64,000 nt of DNA from the human T2T-CHM13v2.0 reference genome, Homo sapiens, in assembly GCF_009914755.1 (NCBI RefSeq), contig NC_060939.1; one strand, given 5' to 3'. The stretch's first letter is position 1. Each line of letters begins with the position of its first letter. The translations under genes were made by a program, and so were the position numbers. This document shows positions 1-19,590 of the stretch, in pieces. The notes below the pieces were generated by a model, which did no database searches, was not told where the DNA came from, and was given only the letters and a program-made list of their open reading frames with translations.

Positions 1-520
1 AGGCCGGCGTGTGGCAGGCAGGCAGGCCGCGAGGGCTGGCAGGAGAGCCGGTCGCGTGCCGGGTGTGGGCGGGCGCGTGGGCCAGACAGGGAGGCGGTGG
101 CTGCCCGCGGGGACAGCTTGGGAGCCGGTCCTGGTCGCCCGTGCCCCGCGCTCCGTGGCCGGCTCGCAGTGTATGGGCCGCCCCGGGCCGGGTCAGCAGC
201 GCAGAGGCGGGGACGGCGTCAAGGTCAAGGCGGGGGGGCGCCGGCCCTGCTCCTGCCGAGACCCGGCTGCCGTCACCCGCATCCGCCCAGGCCAGAGCCC
301 AGGCTTCGCGCCGAGCCCGGGAAGGTCACGGGAGCCTCTGTCCCGGCTCCGCCATCCGGGCCGCTTCCCCGGCTGCGGCCCTGCTGCGGGACTGATCCCC
401 TCAGCACTGCCCACACCTCTCATCCGCTGTCTGCGCGGCCCTTGGCCGGGGAACCGCAGGTGCCACGGGCACTGGCGTTGAGCTTGGGAGGTTTTCCCAG
501 GTGAGAGAATCCGGGGGCCC
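1..520. promoter_or_regulatory. CpG island, 3' part of the IDH3A promoter/exon 1 island (start of intron 1)
   Basis: Very GC-rich with dense CpG, falling abruptly to AT-rich sequence after ~520; lies 5' of IDH3A exon 2. Exon 1 is not in the window. Confidence 0.85.
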
Positions 521-1069
521 TTTTCCCTATCAGATTGTTTTCCCTTTGGCGCTCTTCCCAGTCAGACCTCTAGTGCTCTTGTAGCTATTTCCCCTTCATA
601 GGATAGGGCATCTTACACCTCGGAATTACCGTCTGAACCTTCGGAGAGAGAGACCAGCAGAGCCTTCCTTTTACCTTTCATTGGTGGGAATCCTGCAATC
701 TGGAGCGCTTTAGCTCTCCTTGACAGCTCAGATGCCAGAGCTGGAAAGGGTTTCAGATCATCTATGCAGTTCCGTAGCTTCTCAGTGGAACTAACCTGTG
801 CCTGAAGAAGAATTTGCTCAAGGTCACACAGGAGGTCGGTGTCAGAGCAGGGAGAGGAACCTAGGTGTCTTGGTTCCCATTTCCCAAGGTCACATAGCAA
901 ATGATGGTACAGGCCATCAGGCCTCAAGTCTCCTGTTGCTATGAAAGGGTGGTCCCCTAGAAATCTATAAACAATTTAACGTTTTTCTGTAAGTTTGATA
1001 CTACTTTTCTCCCATTTTTTCGGTTTAAAGAGAGGTCCAGAGATGCACTGTTATTTAAGGAAAAGATCT

Positions 1070-1250
1070 CTGTACTGGAATTTAGGAGTCTCAGATTTAA
1101 ATCCTAGCAATGCCACTGATTGGCTGTGTGACCCTAAGCAAATTACTAAACATCTCTAAGCCTTAATATGCCCATCTGTGAATATCTATACTTACATCAC
1201 AGAATTGTTTGAGTATTAAATAAAATAATGTATGTGAAAGCACTTGGTAT
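1070..1250 (+). mobile_element. MIR fragment (representative of several, e.g. ~5010-5130, ~17840-17930, ~25480-25670, ~28625-28730)
   Basis: gctgtgtgaccctaagcaaattactaaacatctctaagcct resembles the MIR core. Confidence 0.6.
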
Positions 1251-1851
1251 GTACAGAAGGAAAACAAAAATCTGAAGCTTTCTTATCAATATGTTTATCT
1301 GTCTCCAACAGACAGTGGTTTTCATGGGCATCATTAACTGGTTTTTTTGTTCAATAACTAGATTCTACTTTGTCACCCTCTTCAGACCCAGATTTGCTTG
1401 TGATGATAACTCTTATGTCACATTTGCTCCTAAAAGTAAAGCAACTTCTGTGTCACTGTGAAAACTGAACTCAGTCCTTTAATCTCTGAACTTACATTTA
1501 ACACCCAATTCATCTTTGGTAGGTACATTTGCCTTCACAGTGAGGCACTAAAGCAACACTTGATAATGATTGTGCTGGTAAATCTGTTTTGCCTTTAGTG
1601 TGATCTGCATGAAAAAACCCTCATAGTAGGTATTCAGAAAGTGTTGGGTTGTGGAGTCAGAAGATGAGGTTCTCTGACATGCACTCCCTGTGTGACCTTT
1701 GGCAGAGTCATTTGACTTCTGGGCCAGCTTCTCACTTTAGGGATTGGAGCAGAAGGTGGCTCAGAGGCTGACCCCAGGATGGTGGAGGTGCTGAGCTGGA
1801 TGCCGGTTTCAATCAGGACAGTTCCTCTGTTGAGTTTCCATTTCAGATTGT

Positions 1852-2134
1852 GGCCAGGCATGGTGGCTCATGCCTGTAATTCTAGCACTTTGGGAGGCCA
1901 AAGTGGGCGGATCACTTGAGGTCGGGAGTTCAAGACCAGCCTGGCCAACATGGCGAAACCCCATCTCTACTAAAAATACAAAAATTTGCTGGGCGTGGTG
2001 GCGCACGCCTGTAATCCCAGCTACTCGGGAGGCTGAGGCAGGAGAGTCACTTGAACCCAGGAGGTGGAGGCTGCGGTGAGAGGAGATCATGCTCCTACCT
2101 GGGTAACAGCAAGACTCTGTCTCAAAAAAAAAAA
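1852..2134 (+). mobile_element. Alu (AluS-like)
   Basis: ggccaggcatggtggctca...A tail. Confidence 0.9.
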
Positions 2135-2605
2135 GATTTTTTTTTTAAAACCCATCTCAGAACCCATGTACAACACTATTTACATGTTTTTAAGTTAAAA
2201 AGGAAATGAGTTGTGGATTAAGATGGCCCACGACCTGAAGTCCAAAGTTCAGGGTTTTGGTCCAGGCTTCATGAACCTGGCCTCAGTTTCCTCATCTGAA
2301 AAGTGCCAATAATGCCTATCTCTACAGGTTTTATATAAATAAAATGATGTGAGATATATATATATATATGCATATGAGTATTCTATAAAGTAGAAGTCCT
2401 GCCATCTCAGCCTTCCATGAAGCTGGGACTACTGGTGTGTGCCACCATACCTGGCTAACATTTAAAATTTTTTTTGTAGAGGTAGGGTCTCACTCTGTTG
2501 TCTAGGCTGATTGGTCAGGTCTTCTGTCACAGAGACATAAGCTAGTTTTGTGTGAATGTCTTTTCCCTCTTTTTTGGGCTGGGAGAGGAGAAAGGACTCA
2601 TGTCA

Positions 2606-3212
<607 letters not shown>

Positions 3213-4290
3213 CTCATGTCACTTTTATGCTCTGCTTGTCACGAAGTAACCTTTAAATGGTGCTTTGGAAAATTTTATTTTACTTAAAGTTCTGGGTCAT
3301 TGTGATGACTTAGGTGCAGTACTGCTTTATTCTAAGATCATGCAAGAGAGATGACAAACATGGAAAAGACTGGTCCTTAAAGAAGATCATTGCAAGTATT
3401 AAGGCTACTTGTTGGCTTGGAAACTCTTCAGATAGAGATGTGACTGAGGCTGGACTCAGTTTTGTTTGATTGTTGTTTTGTTTTTTTTTAAATTATTGAA
3501 TACCTTCTATGAGCCAGGGACTGTTCTAGACACTAGATACAACAGTGAACAAAACACAAATCCTTACACTCCTGGGTTTACATTGCTGCCCCCAGCATAT
3601 GCAGGTAGGATGGGTTTACATTTTAAAATCAGTTGTTTGAGTCGGGTCTTTTTCATTCTTTCTTTCTTTTTTTCTTTTTTTTGTCCATTACCTAGGCTGG
3701 AGTGCAGTGGCATAATCATAGCTCACAGAAGCCTCAAGCTCCTGGGCTCAAGCAGTCCTGAGCTCAAGCCGACTTAGCCTCCCATGTAGCTGAGACCATT
3801 GGTGTGCACCACCATACCTGGCTAATTTTGTAGAGACAGGGTCTCACTTTGTTGCACAGCCTGGTTGGTTGGGTCTTCTGTCACAAGGACATGAGTTTTG
3901 TGTGAATGTCTTTTCCTTCTTTTTTGTTCAGGGAGAGGAGAAAGGACACATGTCAATTTTCTTGTCACAAAGTAGCCTTTAAATGGCCTCCCTTCCAATA
4001 GCCCACTCGCTGGTGGATGAATCATGCCCTAGGATTAACATTTTGGCCAATGGTTTTGGCATTCTTTTGGATTTGGCCCAGTCTTATTTTCAATGCAGAG
4101 TCATGACTATAGATACCAGAAGATTAGAGAATAAAATTCATTCATACCTTTCTTGGCTGTTGGTTGTTACCAATAAATATTTCAGCAAAGGTTCAGACCC
4201 CAGAAAAAAACATCAAGATAGGATATAACAAATGTGTCTTTGCTCATGTATCTAGCAGGAGAAAAAGTTACTTTTTAAAAAATTTAATGC

Positions 4291-4576
4291 AGCCGGGTGT
4301 GGTGGCTCACGCCTGTAATCCCAGCACTTTGGGTGTCCAAGGCAGGTGGATCACCTGAGGTCAGGAGTTTGAGACCAGCCGGGCCAACATGGAGAAACCC
4401 TGTCTCTACTAAAAATACAACAAGATTAGCCGGGCATGGTGGTGCATCCCTGTAATCCCAGCTACTTTCAGGAGGCTGAGGCAAACCCAGGAGGTGGTGG
4501 TTGCAGTGAGCCGAGATTGCACCATTGCACTCCAGCCTGGGCAACAAGAGTGAAACTCTGTCTCAAAAAAAAAAAA
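4291..4576 (+). mobile_element. Alu
   Basis: Alu body; TSD-like aaaaatttaatgca on both sides. Confidence 0.9.
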
Positions 4577-5765
4577 ATTTAATGCATTTTAATACCTTTG
4601 GTCTATGTACCCAGTTTCTTTTTTTATATTGTTTATAATAATGTAGTATGACTTTGTACCAGTTCTCAAGGACTAAGTTATTAAAGTTTATAATAAACCT
4701 TTAAAATTTATATTTCTGGCATATGATGTTAATTGGAGAGAGAAAAAAAAAAAAAACACGTACCAGTGGTAATATCTTGGTGTGGTGGGATTACTGGGTA
4801 ACTTTTATTTTATATTTTGTATCTTTTCCTAGTCCCAGCAAACTGACAGTAATGACCACATTACCTATATTATCAGAAGAAGCAGTAATTTATTTAAAAT
4901 CTTTATTCTGTATGGCATGGGCATCAGATGGTATTAAATAAACTTTCTTAGATTTTACTATAAAGTGTAATTTCTTAATATTCACAGAATAGATATAATG
5001 TATAATTGAAGGAGCACTGGACCAGGAGTCAGAAGACCTGTATGTGGGTTTCCATTTTGCCAATTATTCGCTGTGTGACCTTAGGCAAATGCTTTTCTTT
5101 GGGACCAGCATCTCCGCTTATGAAATAAGCAAGTTGCCAGGTGTCGTGGTGCACACCTGTAATCCCACCTACTCAGGAGGCTGAGGCAAGAGGGTCACTT
5201 GAGCCCAGGAGTTGGAGACTGCAGTGAGTTATGATTGTGCCTTTGAATAGTCACTGCACTCCATCCTGGGCAACCTAGGGAGACCCCATCTCAAAAAGCC
5301 TAAAACAACAACAAGAAATAAGTGAGTTGTGCTCTGGATTTCATGAGGAACATCCTGGCTCTAAAATTAATGGTAATTTTCTTAGAATATATGTTACCCC
5401 TAAATTGACCGAATGGTCAAGAATGTTGGCACAAAATGATCCACTCATCTGAGAAGAATCTGTATGTTGAGCTGAAAAAGTAGTTTTATTCTACCTTCAA
5501 CATCTTTTATTTGACAACTTATATTCGTTAAATTGACTTTGAAAATATACAGTACTCAATCTAAAGTAAAAATCTGAGTATTTAGGCTTTCAAATCTGAG
5601 ATAGCTTGCCACATTGAGCTAATACATGAGATTTGTATTCCTGGGAAGCTACTGAATATATCTGTGCCAAGTTGCAGCATTACCATCCATCAGGACTTCC
5701 TCGCTCTTGTTTACTGTATGTGGTTTAATTCTGTGTGTGATATTTCTCTGTTGATATTAATATAG

Positions 5766-5828
5766 GTCTCTCGGCTGCTGGGGGCATTCCACAACCCAAA
5801 ACAGGTGACCAGAGGTTTTACTGGTGGT
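5766..5828 (+). CDS. IDH3A: IDH3A exon 2 ([21 protein letters not shown]; mitochondrial transit peptide)
   Basis: tatag|GTC...GGT|gtgagt; 63 nt; peptide matches the IDH3A N-terminus. Confidence 0.93.
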
Positions 5829-7992
5829 GTGAGTATAATTATGTCTTTTATTTTTTCCTTTTAGAAGTTTCTCAAGAAAGATGCTCTAACATATTTATTA
5901 TATAGCATTTTATCTCCATTCATTTAGAATTTGGGAAAATTGGCCATATTTATAATGTATGTTGAAATTACTGGCTGACATGCACAAATCTGTTAGGTTA
6001 GTTGCGCATTTGAAAGAATTATCTTACAGCTGGCTATGTAAGTTTGTCACATTAATATCTTGAGGGAGCCTTGTTAAAAATAGAAAGTACCCTTGAGCCT
6101 GTTATTTTATTTCACAATCTCATTTTGGTGAGACAGCTTTTTTCAAAACTAGTACAAGTTGAGAGAAAATTGTTGAGAAGCTTCAAAACCTGCTTTGCAT
6201 TTTTATTTTATGGGCTTCCCTAAACCCAGTAGATCGAGTGCCAATTAGGAATGCCTCGAACATCTATAAGCCTTGTAGGCTTATACTTGCCTTATATAGG
6301 CTTTGTAGACTATCACAGTAGTAGATCATCTATTGTTCATTAAATCTGCTGCTTTTAGAATTCCCAGCATCAGAATTCTGTGCTTTAAAAGCTGATACCA
6401 CATTTTTGGAACATTCTAAGACTGTGGGTCAGTGACTTCCTATTTGTTTTGATCCCCGCCCCGCCTTTTATGGAATCTGATTTGGATTTCATAATTCCTA
6501 TACTCCCATATAACATCTATGCCGTGAAAGATTTATAAGACCATAGTACATTTTTTCCTCCATTTACTTTCTGTATTGTGGAAGAAAAGCAGATTTTCTG
6601 GTGACTGGATGACATTTATTATTACATGTTGGGAGAACAGGAAGAAGTAGCCAAAGCGTTCTTTTGACTCTGCTTATGCCAAAAATGCAGGATGGGGCTT
6701 GCACTTCAAGCTCAAGGATAGCCATGCTAGCATTTCAAACGCATTCTGAAAGCTAATAAGATGATCATTGCTCTCTGCTATTATTTAATTTTCAGGCTAT
6801 TTATTTGAAAAAAAAATTAGCTTGATGGAGGAGGTTATTTTTGAAGAAATAAGAGGATGTATTAATTTTTTTAAAGACTTCTTCAACCCGAGAAAACTGG
6901 TATGAGCCTTAGCCCTGGCTAAGACTGAGGTGGGAGATTTGCTTAAGGCCAGGAGTTCGAGGCTGCAGTGAGCTGTGATCACACCTGTGAGTAGCCACTG
7001 TGCTCCTGCCTGGCAATGTAGTGAGTCCTCATCTCTAAAAAATAAAAATTGAAAATTAGAAAAATGAAAAAAATAAAAATGTTTCTTCAGTTGTACAGAA
7101 ACTAATCAGAAATAATTAGTCCACGTATCTGGGCAGACATCATTGGAAGGCAAAGGACCAAGGAAACTTGAATTAGTGACTTTTTAAAAATGCAGTTCAA
7201 GCAACTAGAACTGAAAAAAAGCCAAGCCCCTAGGTGGGGTAAAGTCCCAAGATAATAAAATATGTGGTTCCCAAATGGAAAAAGAGGTGCTGATCTTCTC
7301 CCTTACATATTTTTATTTCTGCATTTGAAATGCTGGCTTCGTTTTGCCTGAAGCCTTAGAATAAATCATTGCTGTTACATTATAAAAACAATAATTGTCA
7401 TTCTAAGTGTGACTCAGGCTTTGCAGGTATGATGACATATACTATTCTTTTTGGTTGCAGATCAACTTTGCCAAGCTTATGTAGATTACTCTTAGATTTA
7501 AGCAGACAGTTTTATAGAGGAACTAAGAAAAAAATGGAAGCTCTCTTGATAAAAAGTCTGATTTTCCCTGAGTACCAAAACAGACCTCAGTAATATTTTG
7601 GAAATGTGTCTGAAAATGTTTTGCAAGACTGAAGAAGTTGCATGAGAAGCTTTCCAGGATCACAATGGAAAGGAAAGGAAAACACTTGCCTTCATGAGAA
7701 ACCGTCTAAATTTTAGTGAGAGAACATTGTTAATTTTTTGTTGTTGTTGTCTTTGGTTTAAAAGATTTGAATTAATTGGTCTCTTTGCAGCTTGTCTGAA
7801 AAGAAATATCAATTAGGAAATCTACTTGGTAGTTTAATTTATTTTCGTTTTATGTAAAGAGTATCATTTGGTTCTTTTTAAAACCTCTGAACTCAGGTAA
7901 AGAGTAGGATTGCAGAGTCTCTCCTCTGTTGATTCCTGCCTCCCCTTTGATGACCCCCCGGGAGGTATGTTTGTTTTCTTAACAGCATTTGA

Positions 7993-8208
<216 letters not shown>

Positions 8209-8877
8209 TAATGATGACTCACTGAAAAGTTTTCTTAGCCAGTTGGATTCTGTGAACTTTTAGGATGCATTGTACCCATTTCTATGAAATTTAGTCAGGT
8301 CTGTTGTTAATCTCCACCGATTGTCACTTTAACAGTGTGTGTCTCAGTGTTTGCTACTGCCATTATTTCTTTCTTTCTTTCTTTTTTTTTTTTAAATTTA
8401 GAGATGAGGTCTCGCTCTATTCCCAGGCTGGTCTTGAACTCTGGGGCTCAAGCGATCCTCCCACCTTCACCTCCCAAAGTGCTTGGATTATAGGCGTGAG
8501 CCACCGCACCTGGCTGGCTGCTCCTGTTGTTGATAGTTTAAACTCCTGCATTGGCATCAGTTATATGTAAAGTAATCAAAGTAGTACTGCAGTATTTGTG
8601 GATCTTTAAGTCCTGCTTGGGTTTAAGATCTTTTAAGCCCTGCCAAATCACCCACCTTTTTGCAAAAAATAAAATAAAATAAGACTAGAATTGCTGTTTC
8701 CAAAATCTATACAGGCGCTTTTGAAATAATCTCTTTAAAATAAAATTTCTGATGTGTTATCAAGAATGGAATGTTATTACTTCTAACAGCTGAGCCTTTG
8801 ATACAGGTAGATAATTTAAAAATTCTGTAAGTGGATTCAGCTGTAAGCTGCTTGTGAACAGCACCGTGTCTGTCTGA

Positions 8878-10050
<1,173 letters not shown>

Positions 10051-10286
10051 TATATGATGTTTCTGTGAACCATATTCCTCTGCTACTTATGATATTCTAA
10101 CTATAGCCACTGTTAAGAGCCCTTGTGAAAAGAAATAAGTGGGCAGGTGTTAGCTGGGAGTGATGACTGGGCACAGATAATGTAGAGAATCCCTCTGGGC
10201 CTGCTAGAGAATGACATCTCTTCTTGCATGCCAGGAACTTTCTGGACCTTTACTGTTTTTAGCAGTCACATCCAAAGTTGAAAAAG

Positions 10287-10577
10287 GGCTGGGCCCGGTA
10301 GCTCACGTCTGTAATCCCAGCACTTTGGGAGGCCGAAGTGGGCAGATCACCTGAGGTCAGTAGTTTGAGACCAGCCTGGCCAATATGGTGAGACCCTGTC
10401 TCTACAAAAAAAATACAAAAAAATTAGCTGGGTGTGGTGGTGGGCGCCTGTAATCCCAGCTACTCAGGAGGCTGAGGCATGAGAATCGCTGGAACCTGGG
10501 AGGCGGAGGTTATAGTGAGCCAAGATTGTGCCGCTGCACTCTAGCCTAGGCGACAGAGCGGGACTCTATCTCAAAAA
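10287..10577 (+). mobile_element. Alu
   Basis: Alu consensus; aagttgaaaaag flanks both sides. Confidence 0.9.
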
Positions 10578-10669
10578 CGAAGTTGAAAAAGTTTGTTCAT
10601 CATTGCAGTATGAATGCCAGTTTCCTTTAAGTCTCTCCAGCTCACTGTGCTCTGTGATGTGGCATCTAG

Positions 10670-10975
<306 letters not shown>

Positions 10976-11059
10976 TAAAGTATTACTGGATGATGCCAAA
11001 TAACAGTATCTCTATTTAATCTTCAACTATATATATCTTTTGCTTAATTTTTACATTTG

Positions 11060-11771
<712 letters not shown>

Positions 11772-12100
11772 TAAAGCCACAGACAGAACCAACATTGAAT
11801 CTCATCTCTGCTACTTACTGGCTAGAAGGCTTGGGCAAATTTTTTATTCTTATTTTTTCTTTTTTCGTCATTTTTAAATGACAGTAACAGAGTTGCTGTT
11901 GTACGGGGTGATGATAAGGATTATATCATGTCAAGCACATGATTACAATGCTTGATCCTCAGGAAGTTCTGAAGATAAGAAACGCAGTTAATGTTCCAGA
12001 AAGCTCCCGTGAGGAAGTGTTCCTCCTTCATTTGAATCTCAGGTAGAGAGTGAACTAGAGGCAGAACACATTTCACAAGGTAGCCGAGGTGGGTTAGTAG

Positions 12101-12433
<333 letters not shown>

Positions 12434-12688
12434 TGAGGAGTTGTGGGTGTTTGTCTTGGTGCTGGGTGTCTGGCTGACAGTACTCAAACAAATGTAAGGC
12501 ATGGTGGTTCGCGTCACAAGCTTGGGAATATGCCCTCTGAATTTTGAATCCCCCACTTCACAGGTGCGCTCTTCCGCAGATGACTGTCTCTGCATCTCAG
12601 TTTTCTTCATCTGTGCAGTGGGGCTCATAATACTTACCTCTTAGGGCTGGAGTTAACATGAACCCCATTGTCGTAGCAGTGTGTGTGA

Positions 12689-12946
<258 letters not shown>

Positions 12947-13038
12947 TGAGCTCCTTGCGGGGGCCGGCACCCCATCTTGCTTTGTTGTGGGAGAGCAGTG
13001 ACAGGGCTTCCCTTTCTCCTCTTCAGCTTGCTCCTTGA

Positions 13039-13585
<547 letters not shown>

Positions 13586-14045
13586 TAGCGTACGTTTTAG
13601 AAGTGGAATAGTGGGAGGCTTAAAGTAGTGCTAACAATACCTGATGTGTTACTCCAGCAACTTAAATTCTCATCCAGAGGCTGTTAAAGTCCTCTGAATA
13701 TATTAACAGTTTTCCTAACCTAAGAAAAGCATTGAACATGCAAAATAGTAAAACTATTTAAATTACTATGTTAACCTTTTAAAGCAATTTTAATAATATT
13801 AGTGGGTATTTCTTCATTCTTGTTAGATAACACTATAAAAATATAGTCTTCTCTGTTATGATCAAACTATTTTACATTTTTACTCTTTTATACTTTCAGA
13901 AGGATCCTAAAACATTTTCAGCTTATATTTTATTAACTACCTAAGAAATAATTTTATTGTAATTGGGATCAGGTAGCTTGGCTTCTGGAACTTAAATGTC
14001 TTGAACTTACTTTACTTCTTTGATTTGATTCTTTTCTTTCTGTAA

Positions 14046-14357
<312 letters not shown>

Positions 14358-14906
14358 GTGAGTCTGGCTGCAACCTATTTATTTTAGCCTATGATTTACT
14401 TATAAACATCCTAAAATAATTATGGCTTAACATTTTCAATTGAGTATTGTGAAATAGAGTATTTGTTGTAACATATGAATTGAATTCTAACAGTTCAGGT
14501 TGTGATATGAATGATTACATGTTGGGTGGCTTGTTCCTTCATTGATTTGCCAAATCATTGCTGGGCTCTTTCTCCCTAATCATTATTAGGTCACTCTTCC
14601 CAGTTTTTAAATGTTTGATTGATTGATTGATTTTAAGGTTTTGTTATGTATAGCTAGGTAGGTGGGTGGTCATTGTTACTATTTTTTGGTAACTTTTGAC
14701 ATAATTTCAGACTTACAGAAAAGTTGTAAGAATAGTACAAAGAATTCCCTTGTACTCAGCACCCTGATTCCACATTCTCCAGATGTCAGCATTTTATCAC
14801 ATTTACTTTATTACTCCTTCCCACTTTCCCTCCCTTCCTCTTCCTCCTCTCCTTTGTCTGTGCTTCTCTCTCTCTCTCTCTCCCCCCCCGACACACACAG
14901 ACATAA

Positions 14907-15226
<320 letters not shown>

Positions 15227-15568
15227 CTGTGGACATGGTTTTCTGTTTTATTCAGTGATATATCCATCATCATAATCATGAATATTGATGCATAGGTTGT
15301 CCTAACTTGGCTGATGGGGGTCCCTTCACCATGTCTTCTGTGTCCTTTAGACACGGCCCTTTGTTCTTTGAGCCTTGCCTTGCTTTCTGACACAGTAAGA
15401 TGCTCGAGGCTCATCTGTATTTTCCTAACCTTTGCCCTGGAATCAGCCATTTATCCAAGGAATGCTACTTCCTTTTGGTGGAGAATGATAATTAAAAACT
15501 AAAATCTGGGTGCTAGGTGAGATGTTTTATTTTTAAAAACATTCTTTGAAATGCTTTTCTTCCGCTAG

Positions 15569-15653
15569 TGACTTGTGTGCAGGATTGATCGGAGGTCTCG
15601 GTGTGACACCAAGTGGCAACATTGGAGCCAATGGGGTTGCAATTTTTGAGTCG
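15569..15653 (+). CDS. IDH3A: IDH3A exon 9 ([28 protein letters not shown])
   Basis: gctag|TGA...TCG|gtaagg; 85 nt. Confidence 0.96.
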
Positions 15654-15737
15654 GTAAGGACCCTGACACCTGAAACAGAACTCAGGTCAGAACAGCGTGT
15701 GAACTCAGGAGGAGTTATCTGTATAAGTATGCTTTAA

Positions 15738-16575
<838 letters not shown>

Positions 16576-16735
16576 AGACTTTATTTCTTCAGTCCATATC
16601 AGATGAATTGCACGCAGTAGCTTTCAGTGCATATTTTGTATTGCTGAGGAAAGATGGTTAAGACTCCAGCTTCCCCAGAAGAGGACTGTTAGTTTTTGTC
16701 TCTCCCTTGATGATGCTACTTTTCCCGACGTGTAG

Positions 16736-16948
<213 letters not shown>

Positions 16949-17208
16949 TGAGTGAAAGGGACAGTGACAGATAATAGTTCTCAGGCGGGCCCAAGCATTT
17001 GATGTTGAACAAGGATTCTTAACGTGGGTCCCAGATTGAATAGGGTATGTGTGCACATGTGTGCATTTTCTGAGGTGAGGATCTAGATATTTCATCCAAA
17101 AAAAGTTAAGCAGCACTGATGTATAGACATCAGTGTACAGTGGAAAGGTCAGTGGTTTGGGAGGCAGCATCAGGTGCACGCCCAATTATCCTATTGTTAG
17201 CTGTGTGA

Positions 17209-17569
<361 letters not shown>

Positions 17570-18079
17570 TGAGTGTACCTTATAAGGTGTGAAGAGTAAA
17601 ATGATGAATAGGGTAAGATGCTGAGCCTCAAGGAGCTGGGAATCTAGTGGCAGATACAGATGCAGATGTACCTCTAATACAATAGTCTTATATGTTACAC
17701 TGTGTGCATCTATAATACAAAAGCAATACAGAAGTTTTATAAAAGTAATAACTAATATTAATTGAATACTTATGCAACTTTTAAGTTCTTTATATATCAT
17801 CTCAGCAAAGTTTTTCTATAACTCTTTGAAGTAGATGCTATAATTCCATTTTATAGATGAGGAAACTGAGGTACAGAGAGAATAAATAATATGTCCAAGG
17901 TTTTACAGCTCCTAAATGACCCAAGTTGGTATTAACACGCAGTCTGGGCCTTACCCAACAAGCTCCACCGCCTCGGTAAGCAATTGTGGCCTGTGGAAGA
18001 AGTGTCGCGGGCTATTCCGAAGTTAGAGGAAATAATGCACTTGAAGACTCATCCCTAATTTGAGGTCCTTTTTAACAAA

Positions 18080-18400
18080 AATTGTGAAAAATATGCATAA
18101 CATAAAATTTGCCATTTTAGCCGTATTTAGGTATACAGTTCAATAATGTTAAGTACATTCACATTGTAATGTAACCATCACCATCAGTCATCTCCAGACC
18201 AGTTTCATTTTCTCAAACTGAGACTCTGCACCCGTTAAACAGTAACTTTCCCTTCCCCCTCCCATCCTCTGACACCTGCCATTCTGCTTCCTGTCTCTAT
18301 GAATTTGACTACTCTAGGTACCTCATGTAAGTGGAATCATACAGTATTTGTCCTTTGAGTCTGGCTTATTTCACTTAGCGTAATATCTTCAAAGTTGGTC
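18080..18400 (-). mobile_element. L1MB-like 3'-end fragment
   Basis: gtacattcacattgt...tctatgaatttgactactctaggtacctcatgtaagtggaatcatacagtatttgtcc pattern. Confidence 0.7.
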
Positions 18401-18729
18401 CCTTCTTTTAAAAAAATTCTGTAATTTGAAATTATATCGTGTGGCCAAAATACAAGAAATTCAGGCTTGTTTTTAACAGCCTGATAGTCACATTGGAGGT
18501 CATATGATTTTCTTATTCTTTAAAGTTATATTTGGGAAGTTATAATCTACAGCCCAGTAGAGAGGTGCCTGAATTACATAGTGGGCCCTTTTATTGTGTA
18601 GGATGGAAAGATAAAGAGAATTAAATATATTGGGGTCTGTATGCAGGAAAGAAAGGATAAGCTGGTAGAACAGATCAGTTGTATGGGAGGCTTTCTTTCC
18701 TAAAGAGGGAGGTTTAAGAGTTAATGATT

Positions 18730-19107
18730 TAGGCAGGTGTGGTGGTGCATGCCTGTAGTTGCAGCTATAGGCTGAGGCAGGAGGATCACCTTAGCCTCTG
18801 AGTTCAAGACCAGCCTGGGCCACATAGTGAGACCCCATCTCTTAAAAAAAAAAAAAGAGTTAATGATTTAAATATTTCTTTCGTATTTGTGTCCCAGCCT
18901 CCAAAAATAGATCAGATACAAAAATTAGTTGGGTATGGTGGCATGCACTTGTAATTCCAGCTATTCAGGACGCTGAGGCAGGAGAATCGCTTGAACCCAG
19001 GAGGCAGAGGTTGTGGTGAGCTGGGATCGTGCCACTGCACTCCAGCCTGGGCAACAGAGTGAGACTCCATCTAAAAAAAAAATAATAATAAAAACAAAAA
19101 TAGATCA
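18730..19107 (+). mobile_element. FLAM-like monomer (~18730-18856) and 5'-truncated Alu (~18915-19095)
   Basis: Alu consensus; TSD caaaaatagatca at 18902-18914 and 19095-19107. Confidence 0.85.
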
Positions 19108-19464
19108 AAATATGTCTCAGGTCTATTCCTGAGACATATTTCCCAAGGATTTTTATGAAACTTCTTATTTAGATTCGCTTTTATTTAAATATCCATGACC
19201 AACTAATCTGGGTTAGGGTCTATTGTGTGAACAAAGGGAAAATTTTGGTAAAGCTCCCTGCCTCCCTTTGCATCAAGAGCACCTTATTCTTTGCAGAGTG
19301 CTGTTGTATACACTATGAGATTGGATCCCGATCCTCCTGGGCTGGGTAGATGGTGGTGGAGTGGTTCCTCACTTTGAAATGAGGAACTAAATGAAAGAGC
19401 AGCCGAGTAACTTGCCCAGGTGGCATCTCACTGAGGGCTTTAAAATCTCCTTGGTTTAGTTTAG

Positions 19465-19590
<126 letters not shown>

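Noticed and set aside
9-504. Three overlapping 128-156 aa ORFs
   Set aside because: Stop-poor GC-rich CpG-island sequence open in all frames, low-complexity Arg/Gly/Pro products with no recognisable domain; it is IDH3A intron 1.
7791-7965. Splice-like motifs in IDH3A intron 2 (acceptor 7790; donors 7895 and 7965)
   Set aside because: Could be minor alternative exons, but nothing beyond short motifs supports them.
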